Below, in pieces: positions 50,064-62,058 of a stretch of 64,000 nucleotides of DNA. Under the pieces are notes generated by a model that saw only the letters and a program-made list of their open reading frames with translations, was not told the DNA's origin and made no database searches. This stretch comes from Paraphysomonas bandaiensis (Eukaryota; Protista; Chrysophyceae). The position numbers and the translations under genes are program-made. The stretch is taken from the NCBI GenBank assembly GCA_965644295.1, contig CBFFRP010000426.1, positions 186,001 through 250,000 of the forward strand. Direction: 5' to 3'. How positions within the stretch are numbered: position 1 is the stretch's first letter; every line of letters starts with the position of its first letter.

Positions 50064-53000
50064 TTAAGAAATGCCGAAAATAGAAAATAAATTTTCAAAT
50101 ATTGTAATTGTACTTCTCTTCATTCGAGGATTAAAGCTATGACCAAATACCTCGACTACTCTATCGACTGCATCCCCAACAGACACAACGCTATACCCAC
50201 GACCTTTCTTCTCATTCACAACGACTACGATGTATCCTGATTGTGCCATATCAGAAGAAGTTCGCTTTGAGCATGTACCAACACAGAGACTCGATGAAAA
50301 CACCTGCTGGAATATCTCAATTATCGAGTCGCGAAGGCATGCATTATTGGATGCTCCACCACAAACACAAAGGAGCAAGAAGTGAAACATCTCCGCCCAC
50401 TCCTTACGTCTCGTTGAGAGACTGCCATAAAATATTCCACTCACGAGGTTCACAATGAGGGAGCGCATTTGTGAAATATACGCTGGAGTGAAGTCCTCAT
50501 TAGTCATTTCGCATAGACGAGAGAAAAATGACGCCAACAACTTCAATGTTGCAATGTCAAGACTCATCTCGCCTCTTCTTGTCAGTGCTGTGACCATTTT
50601 CAGCAATTGACTCAGAATAGAGCTCTCAGGATCAACAGCGTAACACCCAATGGCGAAAAGCAAAGAAGCATTCGTGATGAGTACCTGGCGTGACAACTTG
50701 GCGCATGCACTGATCTCCTCCATAAGCCAAGCACAGTCATCCACGGCAAGGAGTGGATCACTTGCTTTGATAGTGGTCAGATGTATGCACTGCGAACACA
50801 ACCGACAAAGCGGAGCAAATGACGAATCGTCGCTGTTATCTTGTCCCTCAGTAGTACTCCAGCGCACTAAAACAGTTGTCAGTCCGATGAGCTTTGAAGA
50901 TGCCATATTCTCGATAAGCTTCATCGTTCTCTCAACAGACTGCTGAGTGTACAGATCAGCGTCGTCACATGGCGGTACACAATCATGAAACGTGCTCAGT
51001 GTGGCCACCGTCACATCATGCATCTCCCCAAGTTGTGCGACTACACCACTACCGCTACTACTTCCGTCGCCATGATGACAGTGCCCAGTATCTAAATACA
51101 CATCTACACCTGCTCCAGAGGAGCCTCCACTAGTGGCTCTCCCTCGTGCCCAAACATAAGCTTCAGTTAAGAGATCTGCAGCCCCGAATAATGCATTGCG
51201 TACCGCTGGAGCAAACTCCAAAAACACTGAGTCATTTAGCAGCGCTTTCAAAATTCCGCGCAAACGAAGTACACCACAGGACAGCGCTTCCTTGTGTTGA
51301 ACGCATATGTCCACCCGTGACAGCGCCGCACACTGTCCTCCCGCCAGTGCAACGACACCCTCCACGGGACGCAGTGCATGGATAGTGCAGCACGACACTG
51401 CCTCCCGCTTCATTCCCGCAATTTTTTCATCTCCGGGATTCGAATTGCCTATTTTCCGCACGAAGAGTCCACACACGTAAAAGAACTGTTGGCTTAACCG
51501 CTGTCCCTCCAACCCTTCCATGGTGTCGGCAAAACTTAGCAGCCAACTAGCAACACTGCCCGCTAGGTATGAGGAACTTCGCGAGCACTTAACACAAATT
51601 TCCTCCAGTGCCAGTAGAGTAGGTCGTGGGTAAAGGCACAAAGCAATCCGCAATATTTTAAGGGTACTGCTTAGCAACTGCACTTGCCTCTCTTCACAAC
51701 AATTACTTTCAAACACTTTGATGATACTAGGCACAGTAGTCCACATCATCGTAAACTGTAGTAGAATCTCAGGTGGGACTCCATATGAGATGCCAGTGGA
51801 CTCTGATAATCCCTCTCCACAAAAAGTCAGAAGGAAAGCAGTGATGCGTTCTGTGATATCACGATACATGCTCACTAGCGCATGATCATCTTTCCCTAGT
51901 GGTGCAACCTTTTGGTGATCTGGATTCTCCTCGTCAACGTCTTCGTCGTCATCCAAAGACAACCGCTCACTAGAGACCTCAAGTAAAGAAGACAGACAGA
52001 AAAGAAGTGCCTCGCAGTCGAGTCGACAGCTCTGGTCTGGGCCGCCGGCAATAGCCAGACGTCTGAAACTATCCTCAAGAGATGACGCTACGGAGAAGGG
52101 TAAAGCTGCGTCTGTGCGCATAACAGACACCCAGAGCGTACGCAAAAGATGCGAACATTCTCTCCTAACTTCGTACACGCATCTCCCATTCACCATCCCC
52201 TCGCCTTCTATATCTGCTAACCATTGGCGATACTGCGCAATACATTCAGGGCTAAATTCAGATACCTTAATATTTGGTAACAGAAGAGACAAAGGCGAAC
52301 TACTCTGTGCCACCAAAACTCCTACCAACGGTGAACCTGTCACTGGGTCTCTACCTACTCCGGAAGAAAAGTGCAGCTCAGTGACGAATGATACTTTGAG
52401 GGCGGTGTCTTTGTCCGATCCTGCTTCTGCACATTCTGAAACCATTCCAGACAACCCCTCCGCAAGAGTGATGCAGGCATCCCAACAAGGAAGAGAAAGA
52501 ATGAGGTACACCATTGATTTCAAAATAGCCCAATTATCACCACCACTAGCAGCCATCAATCCCTACATATATTCCGTCACAAGAACAATAACCAATATTA
52601 AATCGCACCAGGTGTCTATCAAGGAGAACACGCACACACTCCGCGAGGTTCATCATAAGAGCACAGCAAGCATCTCCAGCATCTGTGAACTCCGCTAAGG
52701 CTCCCCTGTTGACAGATTCTTGTATATCCCTTACTACCGCAGTTATCGCGCCGTAACCCCCACGAGCAGCAGCGGTAAGACCCTCACCTACGGCGCCCAG
52801 CTGGATTTTTTCGCCATTACCCTGTACTGGTGATAGAGAGAGCTCGCACACACGAGCCACTGCAACTAATGCTCCTTGCACTCCTGTGTCTTGTCCCCCT
52901 GTGTCCTGCAAGCACCAGAGACATATTTCCAAGCATGCCGCGAGGCACTCTCCGGCAAGTGCCCTCAGGGGACGGTCATGGGATTGGTCTAAAATGTTTT

Positions 53001-53890
53001 GTAATAAGGGCTGAACCTCCGAAAACAGGGCGTGCAGCACACTGCCTTCCCACCCCCCTTTTCCCCCAATCTGAGACGTGCTAGAGCAAAGATCCTCTAC
53101 TCCAAGCCACTGACCTCCCTGTTCCCGAGAAAGAGAAGCACACGTCCATTCACACAAGCAGCGCAAGGCCTCAAGAAGTCCTCGCAAATGCAACTGAAGG
53201 TCTGTACCACAGGAGGACGCAGCTGTCAAGGTTGCTCTAACAGAGCACAGGAAGGCGTGTCCTAAACAGCCACGAAATGAAGAAACACGACAGGAGATGA
53301 TTTCTGGAGCCTGTCCTGAACGAATCAAGAGTGCTGTTTCAGCTGGGAGTTCATATAGCGTCCTGACCACTGCGGTAAGCACTTCTGAAAAAGAGGAGTC
53401 ATATATACAGATATCGTACACACACGTACTCACCGGAGTTGGAAGCATCTAAAGAGAAAATAGCACATTGCATGTTATTCGCCTCTTCATCTGAAGTGGT
53501 GCGGCACAGACAAGAGGCGAGAGCACTACAGAGCTGATTTCTGATGACAGGACTAGAGTATAATGTCGATGATGTATTAAATACTTTTTCTGCTAAACAC
53601 TACAATATATAAGTGTAATATATCTCATATTATAATATCCATACTTGACGTATAACTCCTTGATCATGTGGCTGTAGTTGATACCATCTTGTTTGTATAT
53701 ATTGATGGAGTATATTACTAGCAAAAAACATGGAATGATAATCTGATCCATTTGTAATGATATTCATACATATCTTCCAACAATCTGTATGATATAAAAA
53801 GTTTGTAAGCCATTTATTAGCATGTATGATATTCTGTCCATGTGTGATAGCTTGACAGTGTTGGATAAAGCATTGCTCTATAGGGTTCAT
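50064..53890 (-). CDS. Importin-beta superfamily (transportin-3/importin-13-like) HEAT/ARM protein, multi-exon
   Basis: N-terminal ANKWLTNF...CWKICMNII...FFASNILHQYIQTRWYQL resembles IBN_N; long Leu-rich helical ORFs follow on the same strand. Confidence 0.7.
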
Positions 53891-54403
53891 AAGGATCTAT
53901 GAAGAGGGGAAATGAAAGGATTAGATAGGGTTATTTCAACATGATTGATATGTAAATGAGGAATTGAATGTGGTTGAATGAACAGGTCTGGTTGGTGGTA
54001 TATATATATGGATGGGTGGGTATATAGAGACGATTGTACTGCTATCTCTATATGAGTGTATATATATAGCAGTACATGCAATACATATATAGGTACTCCT
54101 AGCTTTGTACTGCTGCACTTTGTGGAGTACATAAACAGAGAGTGTCAATCCATGTAGTGTACACTGTATATGTACTGCTGTACATCCAATTGATGTCCAC
54201 TGTCCACAGGTACATACAGAAGTACAATAAATATAGCAGTGTGTGTACTGCTGTACCACATCCATGTACCATATACAACATCAGCACATCTCCACTCTAT
54301 GTACATACACGGCCAGCATCCCCCTTTGCTTCTAATCATCACATCCACAAGCATCAATTCATTCAATATGACTCATATATACACATCTCTTGGTTTTCAT
54401 TAG

Positions 54404-57400
54404 ATGATTACGTGTCGTAGGTCTCGTCGACATGGTTCAGTGCTCCTGTGGAGACTCCACATGCCCTCCTATCGATACAATGGGACAAAGACAAGTGCTT
54501 CATCTTATACCCCTAATAAACCATTATCAAACCATTTAATACAAGGAATGGGAACTCATAAGATGAAATCTGTATTAGAAGGCTATAGAAATGATCCAAA
54601 TGAGTTAAATCGTTTTATCGAACATGTTATTCGTTCCTCTAATCTGACATCTGTGTCGAGTTTATTGTATTCGAGTAGTAAACTTGGAATTAATTTATCT
54701 CCCGAACACGTACACAATATTGCCACATCTTTTGGTGATAGCAAGAAAATTATGGGTACCATGGATCTTGATAAGTCTTTTTGTGGCTTACGAATCATGC
54801 AGAGCGAAAATACAGATGCCAGAATATTTCTGCGTGCTCTGACTAATATGGCTGTCAAGAGTGGCACTTTATCATCAAGAAACGTTGGTTCGATTGTTTT
54901 TTCACTGAAAAATATGAACAGTGGATATTCAGATGTGCGAAACTTGTTATCTGTTCTTATTACTAAAGTAGCACAATGTGAGGACAGTTTCACTGGCCAG
55001 GAGATTGGCAATGCATTGTATGGCATGCAAGCGATGTCCAGTGATCATACAGTTGTTCGTCGACTGCTAATGACGATATGTGATAAGATTGTGTCTTCTC
55101 CACACTCCATGAGTGGCTCAGAGATCGGTAGTGCACTGTATGGAATGCAGGGGCTGTCGTCGGACAAATTAGAGGTTCGGTCTGTGCTTGCTGCATTGGG
55201 TAGAAAGACAAAGCTATGTCAGGGAGTATTTAGCTCTCAGAACGTTGCTAATAGCCTTTATGGCTTGCAGGGAATGTCAACCACCCATCAGGAAGTGCGA
55301 GACTTACTATCTGCTCTCATTCCTAAAATATCAACATGTCGGGAGATGTTCACCCCTCAGGAGATGAGTATGTGTTTATATGGTTTACAACGAACATCAT
55401 CCGAATGTTGGGAAGCACGGGAGGTGTTAGTTCATCTCGCAAGCAATTTTCGTCGGTCACAGGCACGTTTTAATGCCCAGGGGTGTGGCAACAGTCTTTA
55501 CGGTATGAACGGTATGTCTTCTGCACACAAGGAGGTTAGAAGTATGCTGAAAGTAATCAGTAGCAAGATATCCGATTGCAATGACGAGTTTCGCGGGCAG
55601 GATATGGGAAATGCGCTGTACGGCCTTCGGAATATGCGTAATACTGATGAAGGGGTCGAAGAGTTGTTGCATGCCTTGAAGGACAAAATAGAAGTAAGCA
55701 GCCGTACTTTAAGTGCGCAAGAAATTTCCAATGCACTCTACGGTTTACAAGGAATGAGTAGTGAGAGCCCTATTGTGGTAAGCCTTCTGTCTGCGTTATC
55801 AGTAAAGTTTGAGAAGTGTCCCGATCGTCTTAGTGCTCAAGAAATTTCGAATGCTTTGTATGGTCTTCAAAACATGACTCCAGCGTCTCCGGAAGCAAGG
55901 AATATTCTTAGTATATTAACTTGCAAAGTTCAACAGTGTTCTGAGATGTTTTCCACTCAGTGTATGGGCACATCTCTATATGGCCTGCAGGGAATGTCTA
56001 GTGAGGTTCCTGAGGTGCAAAACTTAATATGTGAGTTAACGGCGAAAATTGCTGCAAGTAATGATAAGTTCACCGCCCAGACTGTGGGTATGACTATGTA
56101 CGCGCTTAAAAGCATGTCAAGTGAGACCGGAGTTGTGCTGCAGCTTGTCCGCGAACTTACTCGTAAAATACGGTTATGTGAAGAGGATTTTGATTCTCAG
56201 GCACTGGCGAATGCTGTGTTAGGTCTGCGAGGGCTGGCGTCGACAAGTGAAGAAGTCCAGGAGCTAATTCTTGTCCTCGTTGATAAAGTAAACGCCAGTG
56301 ATGCTCAGTTAACTCCCCAGGGAGTGGGAAGTGTTTTGCACGGTCTGCAAAAACTATCCAGTGATAATTCAGCCGTCAAATCTCTACTTCTTGCCCTTCT
56401 AAAAAAAGTAAAGGCTTCAAACGACCCTCTCGATCCTTACTCGATTTCATGCGGTATGTATGGTATGAGTAATCTCTCCAGCGATGACGCTGAAGTTCGT
56501 GCACTTCTTCATGTTCTCGTGCCCAAAGTTGATGAATGTAAAGATGTGTTTAATTCTCAAGAGATTGCTAATGCCCTATATGGCCTCCAGAAAATGAGTA
56601 GCACTCGCTTAGAAGTTCGAAGAATGATTTCAGCATTGCGTAAAAAACTTGAGACATGCCCTTATCCGTTCACTAACCAGGAATTAGCATGTGCCTTTTG
56701 CAGTTTGCAACGCATGTCTAGTGCACAGAAAGAAGTCCGATCATTGCTAACTGCCCTTACGAGGAAACTTAGTGACCGAAAATGCGAGCTCGATAGCCTG
56801 TCGCTAAGTTTGATGGTGTTTTCTTTGCAAGGAATGAACAGCAGTGTTGTAGAAGTGCAGAATCTCCTTTCCCATATCACTAGTGCACTGAGGGAATGTA
56901 CTTCAAGATTTCATTCAAATCAGCTGAGCAGTATACTCTTTGGTATTCAAGGATTCACCAGTGATGATGCTGGAGTGCTTGACTTTCTCTCTGCTGTAGA
57001 CGAAAAAATGTTGCATTGCGAGGATAGATATACCGCTTTTGATATTCATAGATCGTTTTATGGCCTACAGGGTATGTCTAGTGATTATCCTGAAGTGACA
57101 GATATCCTCGTCACCCTGTACAGGCATCTCCGCAATTGCGAAGAGAATTTTAATCTCTTGAATTTGACTCAGTGTTTGTACGGCTTGCATAACATGTCGT
57201 GTAGACATGGTATAGTTCAAGATGTTCTGCTGACAACGTTTCATAAGTGCGGTGGTATACATATCAATAAGTTGCTAGAGCGCCCCAATGATGTATCTGA
57301 TAGCGATTGGTATAGATGCACGTCTGATTTGTGGAGGGCGTTGGTTATATTTGAGAATAGTGTAGACTGTATTCCAAAGTTGTTAACAAACTACATAGAC

Positions 57401-57814
57401 AACTTGAAGGGTCCACTAGTAGCAGTTATGCGTAGTCAGAAGCATTTGCACGTCAACTCTGGATCAAGAGTCGAAGAACTTTTTGCCAGTGGTATAGAAG
57501 CATACATAGCTTGCAAGAAAAATGCTAGCATTGAAAGAAATGTGGTTTTTAATGGCTTTGAATGTGATATTGTAGTGTATATTGGAAGCAGTGATTCAAA
57601 TCAGTATGAGAGGATGATCAACATCGAAATTGATGGCCCATCTCATAAGTATCCAAGGCGAGTCCGGTTTTCGAATGCTCGAGATAAGGTTCTCAGAGAA
57701 GTACATGGAATAGAAGTTTATCGTATCGATTTGTCTGCATATGGAGGCGGGTATTTGTCCCGGGCAGATGTCAATAGAATAGTTGCAATAAAGCTTTGTG
57801 ATATTTTTTCATAA
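54404..57814 (+). CDS. Helical-repeat protein (20 x 40-aa repeats) with C-terminal RAP domain; putative organellar RNA-binding/processing factor
   Basis: 1136 aa, intronless; Arg-rich, acid-free N-terminus; repeat consensus FsaQeigNALYGLQgMSSd..eVr.LL.aL..Ki..c; C-terminal FECD..NIEIDGPSH..RDKVL...GIEVYRI. Confidence 0.9.
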   Translation: MITCRRSRRHGSVLLWRLHMPSYRYNGTKTSASSYTPNKPLSNHLIQGMGTHKMKSVLEGYRNDPNELNRFIEHVIRSSNLTSVSSLLYSSSKLGINLSPEHVHNIATSFGDSKKIMGTMDLDKSFCGLRIMQSENTDARIFLRALTNMAVKSGTLSSRNVGSIVFSLKNMNSGYSDVRNLLSVLITKVAQCEDSFTGQEIGNALYGMQAMSSDHTVVRRLLMTICDKIVSSPHSMSGSEIGSALYGMQGLSSDKLEVRSVLAALGRKTKLCQGVFSSQNVANSLYGLQGMSTTHQEVRDLLSALIPKISTCREMFTPQEMSMCLYGLQRTSSECWEAREVLVHLASNFRRSQARFNAQGCGNSLYGMNGMSSAHKEVRSMLKVISSKISDCNDEFRGQDMGNALYGLRNMRNTDEGVEELLHALKDKIEVSSRTLSAQEISNALYGLQGMSSESPIVVSLLSALSVKFEKCPDRLSAQEISNALYGLQNMTPASPEARNILSILTCKVQQCSEMFSTQCMGTSLYGLQGMSSEVPEVQNLICELTAKIAASNDKFTAQTVGMTMYALKSMSSETGVVLQLVRELTRKIRLCEEDFDSQALANAVLGLRGLASTSEEVQELILVLVDKVNASDAQLTPQGVGSVLHGLQKLSSDNSAVKSLLLALLKKVKASNDPLDPYSISCGMYGMSNLSSDDAEVRALLHVLVPKVDECKDVFNSQEIANALYGLQKMSSTRLEVRRMISALRKKLETCPYPFTNQELACAFCSLQRMSSAQKEVRSLLTALTRKLSDRKCELDSLSLSLMVFSLQGMNSSVVEVQNLLSHITSALRECTSRFHSNQLSSILFGIQGFTSDDAGVLDFLSAVDEKMLHCEDRYTAFDIHRSFYGLQGMSSDYPEVTDILVTLYRHLRNCEENFNLLNLTQCLYGLHNMSCRHGIVQDVLLTTFHKCGGIHINKLLERPNDVSDSDWYRCTSDLWRALVIFENSVDCIPKLLTNYIDNLKGPLVAVMRSQKHLHVNSGSRVEELFASGIEAYIACKKNASIERNVVFNGFECDIVVYIGSSDSNQYERMINIEIDGPSHKYPRRVRFSNARDKVLREVHGIEVYRIDLSAYGGGYLSRADVNRIVAIKLCDIFS

Positions 57815-58987
57815 CTCTTCTAGTATGTATGTGTTAGTATAATTAAACTTAGAAATTATAGAAATTGTGAGTGTTGCTTTGAAGTTGGAATACAGTGATT
57901 TATTTTGTTGGAATGCACACCGTATTTCGCATGTGCAGAGCAAAGGACGAAAGTATAATATTTGATCCTTCCCTATTAGCTGTTTCTTTCGGGCGCAGCT
58001 ACCTAAACTACAACTCCTCATTTAAATTTCCTTTACACCCCAAATTTAGTATATAAACCCAGCCATGGAGTTGAAAATCTAGTTATTTAATAATTCATAT
58101 TTTCTGTTTACAATGACTGGATTGCCTAGGTGTTTATGGTACTCAAAAGTTAGCTAGAGACAATTTGGCCTCCTCATTACCCGTCGCTATTTATAATTTA
58201 TAACTATACTTGGACTAGTTTTTTACAGAGTTGTAGAATGTTTGGTCAGTAGAACGAAACCGAAAATGCTCCAATAGATTGCTTTAAGATGCTTGTAGGC
58301 CGATAAGGTTATATTAACAAATTCAGTACAACGTAAGCACCTCATAATACGCATACATTTCCACAAGTACTAAAAATGGTAAAAAAAATCATTACTTAAT
58401 GCAAAAAATGAACTCTTCCGATACATAGTGCACACAGATGGTATACGTGGTCATCACCAACAATAGGCTTCATCAGGTAAACATAAGCACATCATATACA
58501 GCCCACAGCATACTCTACTGCTGTAGTGCCCCACTATACACTCCTGGACAGACTAGTGACAGTTACAGTCATTGCTACAGTGTATCACTATAATGTAAAG
58601 GGCTATATCTCTATTCAATAAGTTCAATGTATCCCATCTTATGAGCACCTGTCATTGATATATTCTGACAGGTTAAGATACATACATGCCTACTCCACTG
58701 TGTTGTTGCTCTCTGCACTGAGATGCATGATACTACATACATACATGTAGATACAGCAGAAACACAGACAGAAAACTTTAAAACCAGTTTTTTTGCCTAT
58801 AAATATGGGTTTTTAGTGTCCCTGTATAGAGTTGAAATGAAAAAACGGTTGTTGTACAGGTACGACTGCCTGTGCGGCTGTATGTCTGTATGTACAGCAG
58901 TACGTGTACATAGCTATGCTTTATTGAGACGACAGTTTAAGACACAGTGTCCCAAAGATATAACTCATAGCAACAATTTGACATACT

Positions 58988-59599
58988 ATGAAGCGTACAT
59001 TCTCATCTGTTGAGGAGTCAGACAATGAATTTCATATGGAATTTAATGAAAAACTGAAAATACTGAATGTTCAAGACATATTGCTCAATGAGAACGAAAC
59101 GATAGGATCTGACAGAGAATTGACATCAAATGAAGTAGAAGAAAGAAAATCTAAATTGAAAATATCTGAGATACCAAAACCCGTAACTGTTGCTGATTCT
59201 CTGCGGTCCAAATTTGAGATAGAACTTGCCAAATGCAAGCATTTGGATTGGACAGCGTGCTGTCAAGCCGTTATGATGGGAAGCCTCACTACACTACAAT
59301 GGCTGCGGTCCCTGTGTCCTCCAGCTCCCTGGAATGCGAGGGTGATGTCTGCGGCTGCCTCGCAAGGGCGACTAGATATCATCAAGTGGGCACGAGCTCA
59401 GAGTCCCCCTTGTCCTTGGGATCGGCGTGTGTGTGGCTATGCCTCCGCTGGGGGGCACTCTTCACTATTGAGGTGGGCCATTGATAATGGGTGTACCTAT
59501 TGCGAGAAAGAGTGCGACATTGCTGCTAAAACAGGTGAGTATTTTAATTGTATGATCGAACAAATGGAATCCGATTGCGGATTCTTTGACGAATCGTGA
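58988..59599 (+). CDS. Protein with short CPWD-type ankyrin-like repeats
   Basis: PPAPWNARVMSAAASQGRLDIIKWAR, PPCPWDRRVCGYASAGGHSSLLRWAIDNGC. Confidence 0.8.
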   Translation: MKRTFSSVEESDNEFHMEFNEKLKILNVQDILLNENETIGSDRELTSNEVEERKSKLKISEIPKPVTVADSLRSKFEIELAKCKHLDWTACCQAVMMGSLTTLQWLRSLCPPAPWNARVMSAAASQGRLDIIKWARAQSPPCPWDRRVCGYASAGGHSSLLRWAIDNGCTYCEKECDIAAKTGEYFNCMIEQMESDCGFFDES

Positions 59600-60807
59600 A
59601 CTGAACGTTGGTGTAACCATAAAGAAATGATGTCACAGCTAATATAGTGAACTATATACAATATATGTTTGTGATGCACAGCTCAGTGTGTACATGTTTA
59701 GTTGAGTGTACTGTTGAATACCGACAGAAGTGGTTTGCTTTTATATAAAATCCCAGTACTTCGAGCTACATTGTAAAGTTATACTTTGTGGTGTACTTTT
59801 TTTGTATTTTAAATTATAAATTCAGATTTGGCTTTAAATGTGAAATAGCGATTCGTTATACCAAACTTAAGTATTGTGATGCTCAACCAATTTTATAAAA
59901 CCTAGAGCTGTAAATAGACTCTCCATCAATCGGGAAAATTGGAGTGCTATATTTCTTAACTAATGTTCACATATGAAAAGAATCAAAATTTATCCGTGGT
60001 AAGAAAATGACTCAAAAATTTATGCATTTAACAGTTACGTTGAGCACATACGATAGTCGGTCTTCCCATACTATAACAAATGAACACTTCGTGTCTCATA
60101 ATTCTATGCACTATATCTCCCGTGGTTGCAATTTTGATAGGGTTTACCACTGCGAAAATTTCATCACGTCTTTGACGAATATCAAATAACATATGCACAG
60201 TTGACAGGATTTACTATTAATTCTACTAGCTTCAGAACGTCACGTTTCGGTTGGTGTCATTGTGAGTATTGGAATATAAATTCCATAATCCACTCGCTTG
60301 AAGAATTGAAGAACAGTATCACTCCTTGCGGTTTCTGGCAACTCTTCTCCCAAAGCAGAGGCCATCCATAACAAGATTAAGTTCGTTAATTTTGTTTTCT
60401 GCACAGCATACGTTCATTCTAATGTCACATAAGGATCTAAAGGCTAATGCTTCTGCATATTATTACATTTATATTCATATAAAACGTAAGAGAGACTAAA
60501 TTGTTCCAGTACAGTGTATTCTTTCTTGTTATGGCATTAATTACATCAGACAGATGAACTATGCCCTGTAGGATGGTGGATTATATCTTCTACAGTGGAT
60601 AGAGAAATGTTCACAACTGCAGCTTGCAAACCTATCATTACACATGCTATCTGTATACAGTGAATCACATGGTTGAGTATATCAAGTGGATATATGCAAA
60701 TTGTCTGATGTCTTGACCTAATATACATATGCATGTACAGTATCTGCTGCTGTCCATATAGATATCTCTGTACACATATCCAGATATGCGTCCATGTACT
60801 GCCTACT

Positions 60808-60984
60808 CTGGGGGTGGTTGTGCATATCGATTTCATCGATTTGTTCATCGTTTATTTCATCGAAAAATCATCGTTTTTTCAATAAAAAGTCTCTTTTTTT
60901 CACTTTTCACTGAAAAAACGATGATTTTTCGATGAAATAAACGATGAACAAATCGATGAAATCGATATGCACAACCACCCCCTG
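60808..60984. mobile_element. 177-bp near-perfect palindromic MITE (foldback), hAT-like CAGGGGG terminus
   Basis: Arms 60808-60890 and 60902-60984 are reverse complements with 3 mismatches; internal ATCG subrepeats. The flanking 8-mers match only 5/8. Confidence 0.85.
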
Positions 60985-61252
60985 TACGTACCTGCTATAC
61001 ACTCCAGTACATACAGCTTTCACGGCAAAAAAGGTCTATTTCCTCTAAAATATAAGCGCCTGAAAAATACATAATTTCGTATTTTATTGATCATATCGGA
61101 CTGAAAGTTGGGCATTTTATTGGAAAAACGGGCATTTAGAAACTATGATGTCCTCGCAAGGTAGTCAGTCCTCTATGCAGATACTGTACGAGAGTAGCAG
61201 TATGCTCTCACATGCTATTAACATAAAACAACTTCGTGTCTCATAGTTCTAT

Positions 61253-62058
61253 ATGATATATTACTACACTATATCTGCTGTGGTTGCAGTGTTAATAGGA
61301 TATACCTGTGCAAAATCTTTGAATGAATCATTTAAGAAACGAACCCTTCACTCATACAATACACACAGCACATCTGTCAAATCTTCTGCGCCAGCATCTC
61401 TAACAAGTGCAGAGTGTACTATTCATACTAATGTAGTAAAGTCAGTTAATACATTAAAGCGGGCTTTCATGTCTGACCCTGTATTCAATTATCTTGTTCC
61501 TGAAATGGGCGATAGAGAAATATTTATTCATAATTTCTTCACACTTCTCGTATCGCTTTTGCCAGGGCGAGTATATCAGTATATGGATTTTGGAGGTGTG
61601 ATGCTGTGGGCTAGAGGAACTGTGGAGAATGTTGATACGATGGCTTTTATTACTAATGGAGGCTTATTGAATCTGAGGTATTGTTTCATCAATCGCAGTA
61701 CTTGCTAATACTATATCGTAGGTTTCTTAAATGGAGTCGAATTTTATCAACTATTTTATTTTTTGATAGTCTAGAGAATAAAAGAAATTACCACTTGAAA
61801 GGAGCTACGGATTACTACTTCCTAATGGATATAGGAGTTGATCCCGAGAACAGAGGACAAGGTTACGGATCTACAATGCTAGATTACTTCGTAAAGAATC
61901 ATGCCGATAAGGAGGGAGTTCCTTGTTATTTGGAAGCAACAACCGACTCCTCTCGCCGCTTGTATGAGCGTCATAAGTTCGTTGTTGTAGAAACAGTTCA
62001 GGTTCCTCCTAATGGCCCTAAAATGTATCTCATGTTGCGCCAACCAGTAGCAAATTAA
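61253..62058 (+). CDS. GNAT-family N-acetyltransferase with N-terminal membrane anchor (2 exons)
   Basis: AFMSDPVFNYL; IGVDPENRGQGYGSTML; PCYLEATTDSSRRLYERHKF; intron 61678-61721. Confidence 0.9.

Noticed and set aside
54869-57268. 120-bp periodicity as a possible CRISPR array or DNA satellite
   Set aside because: Periodicity is at protein level within one ORF with diverged codons; no identical repeats with unique spacers and no cas genes in this eukaryotic context.
60190-60700. Possible small multi-exon gene on the minus strand
   Set aside because: No consistent spliced frame or recognisable motif could be built.
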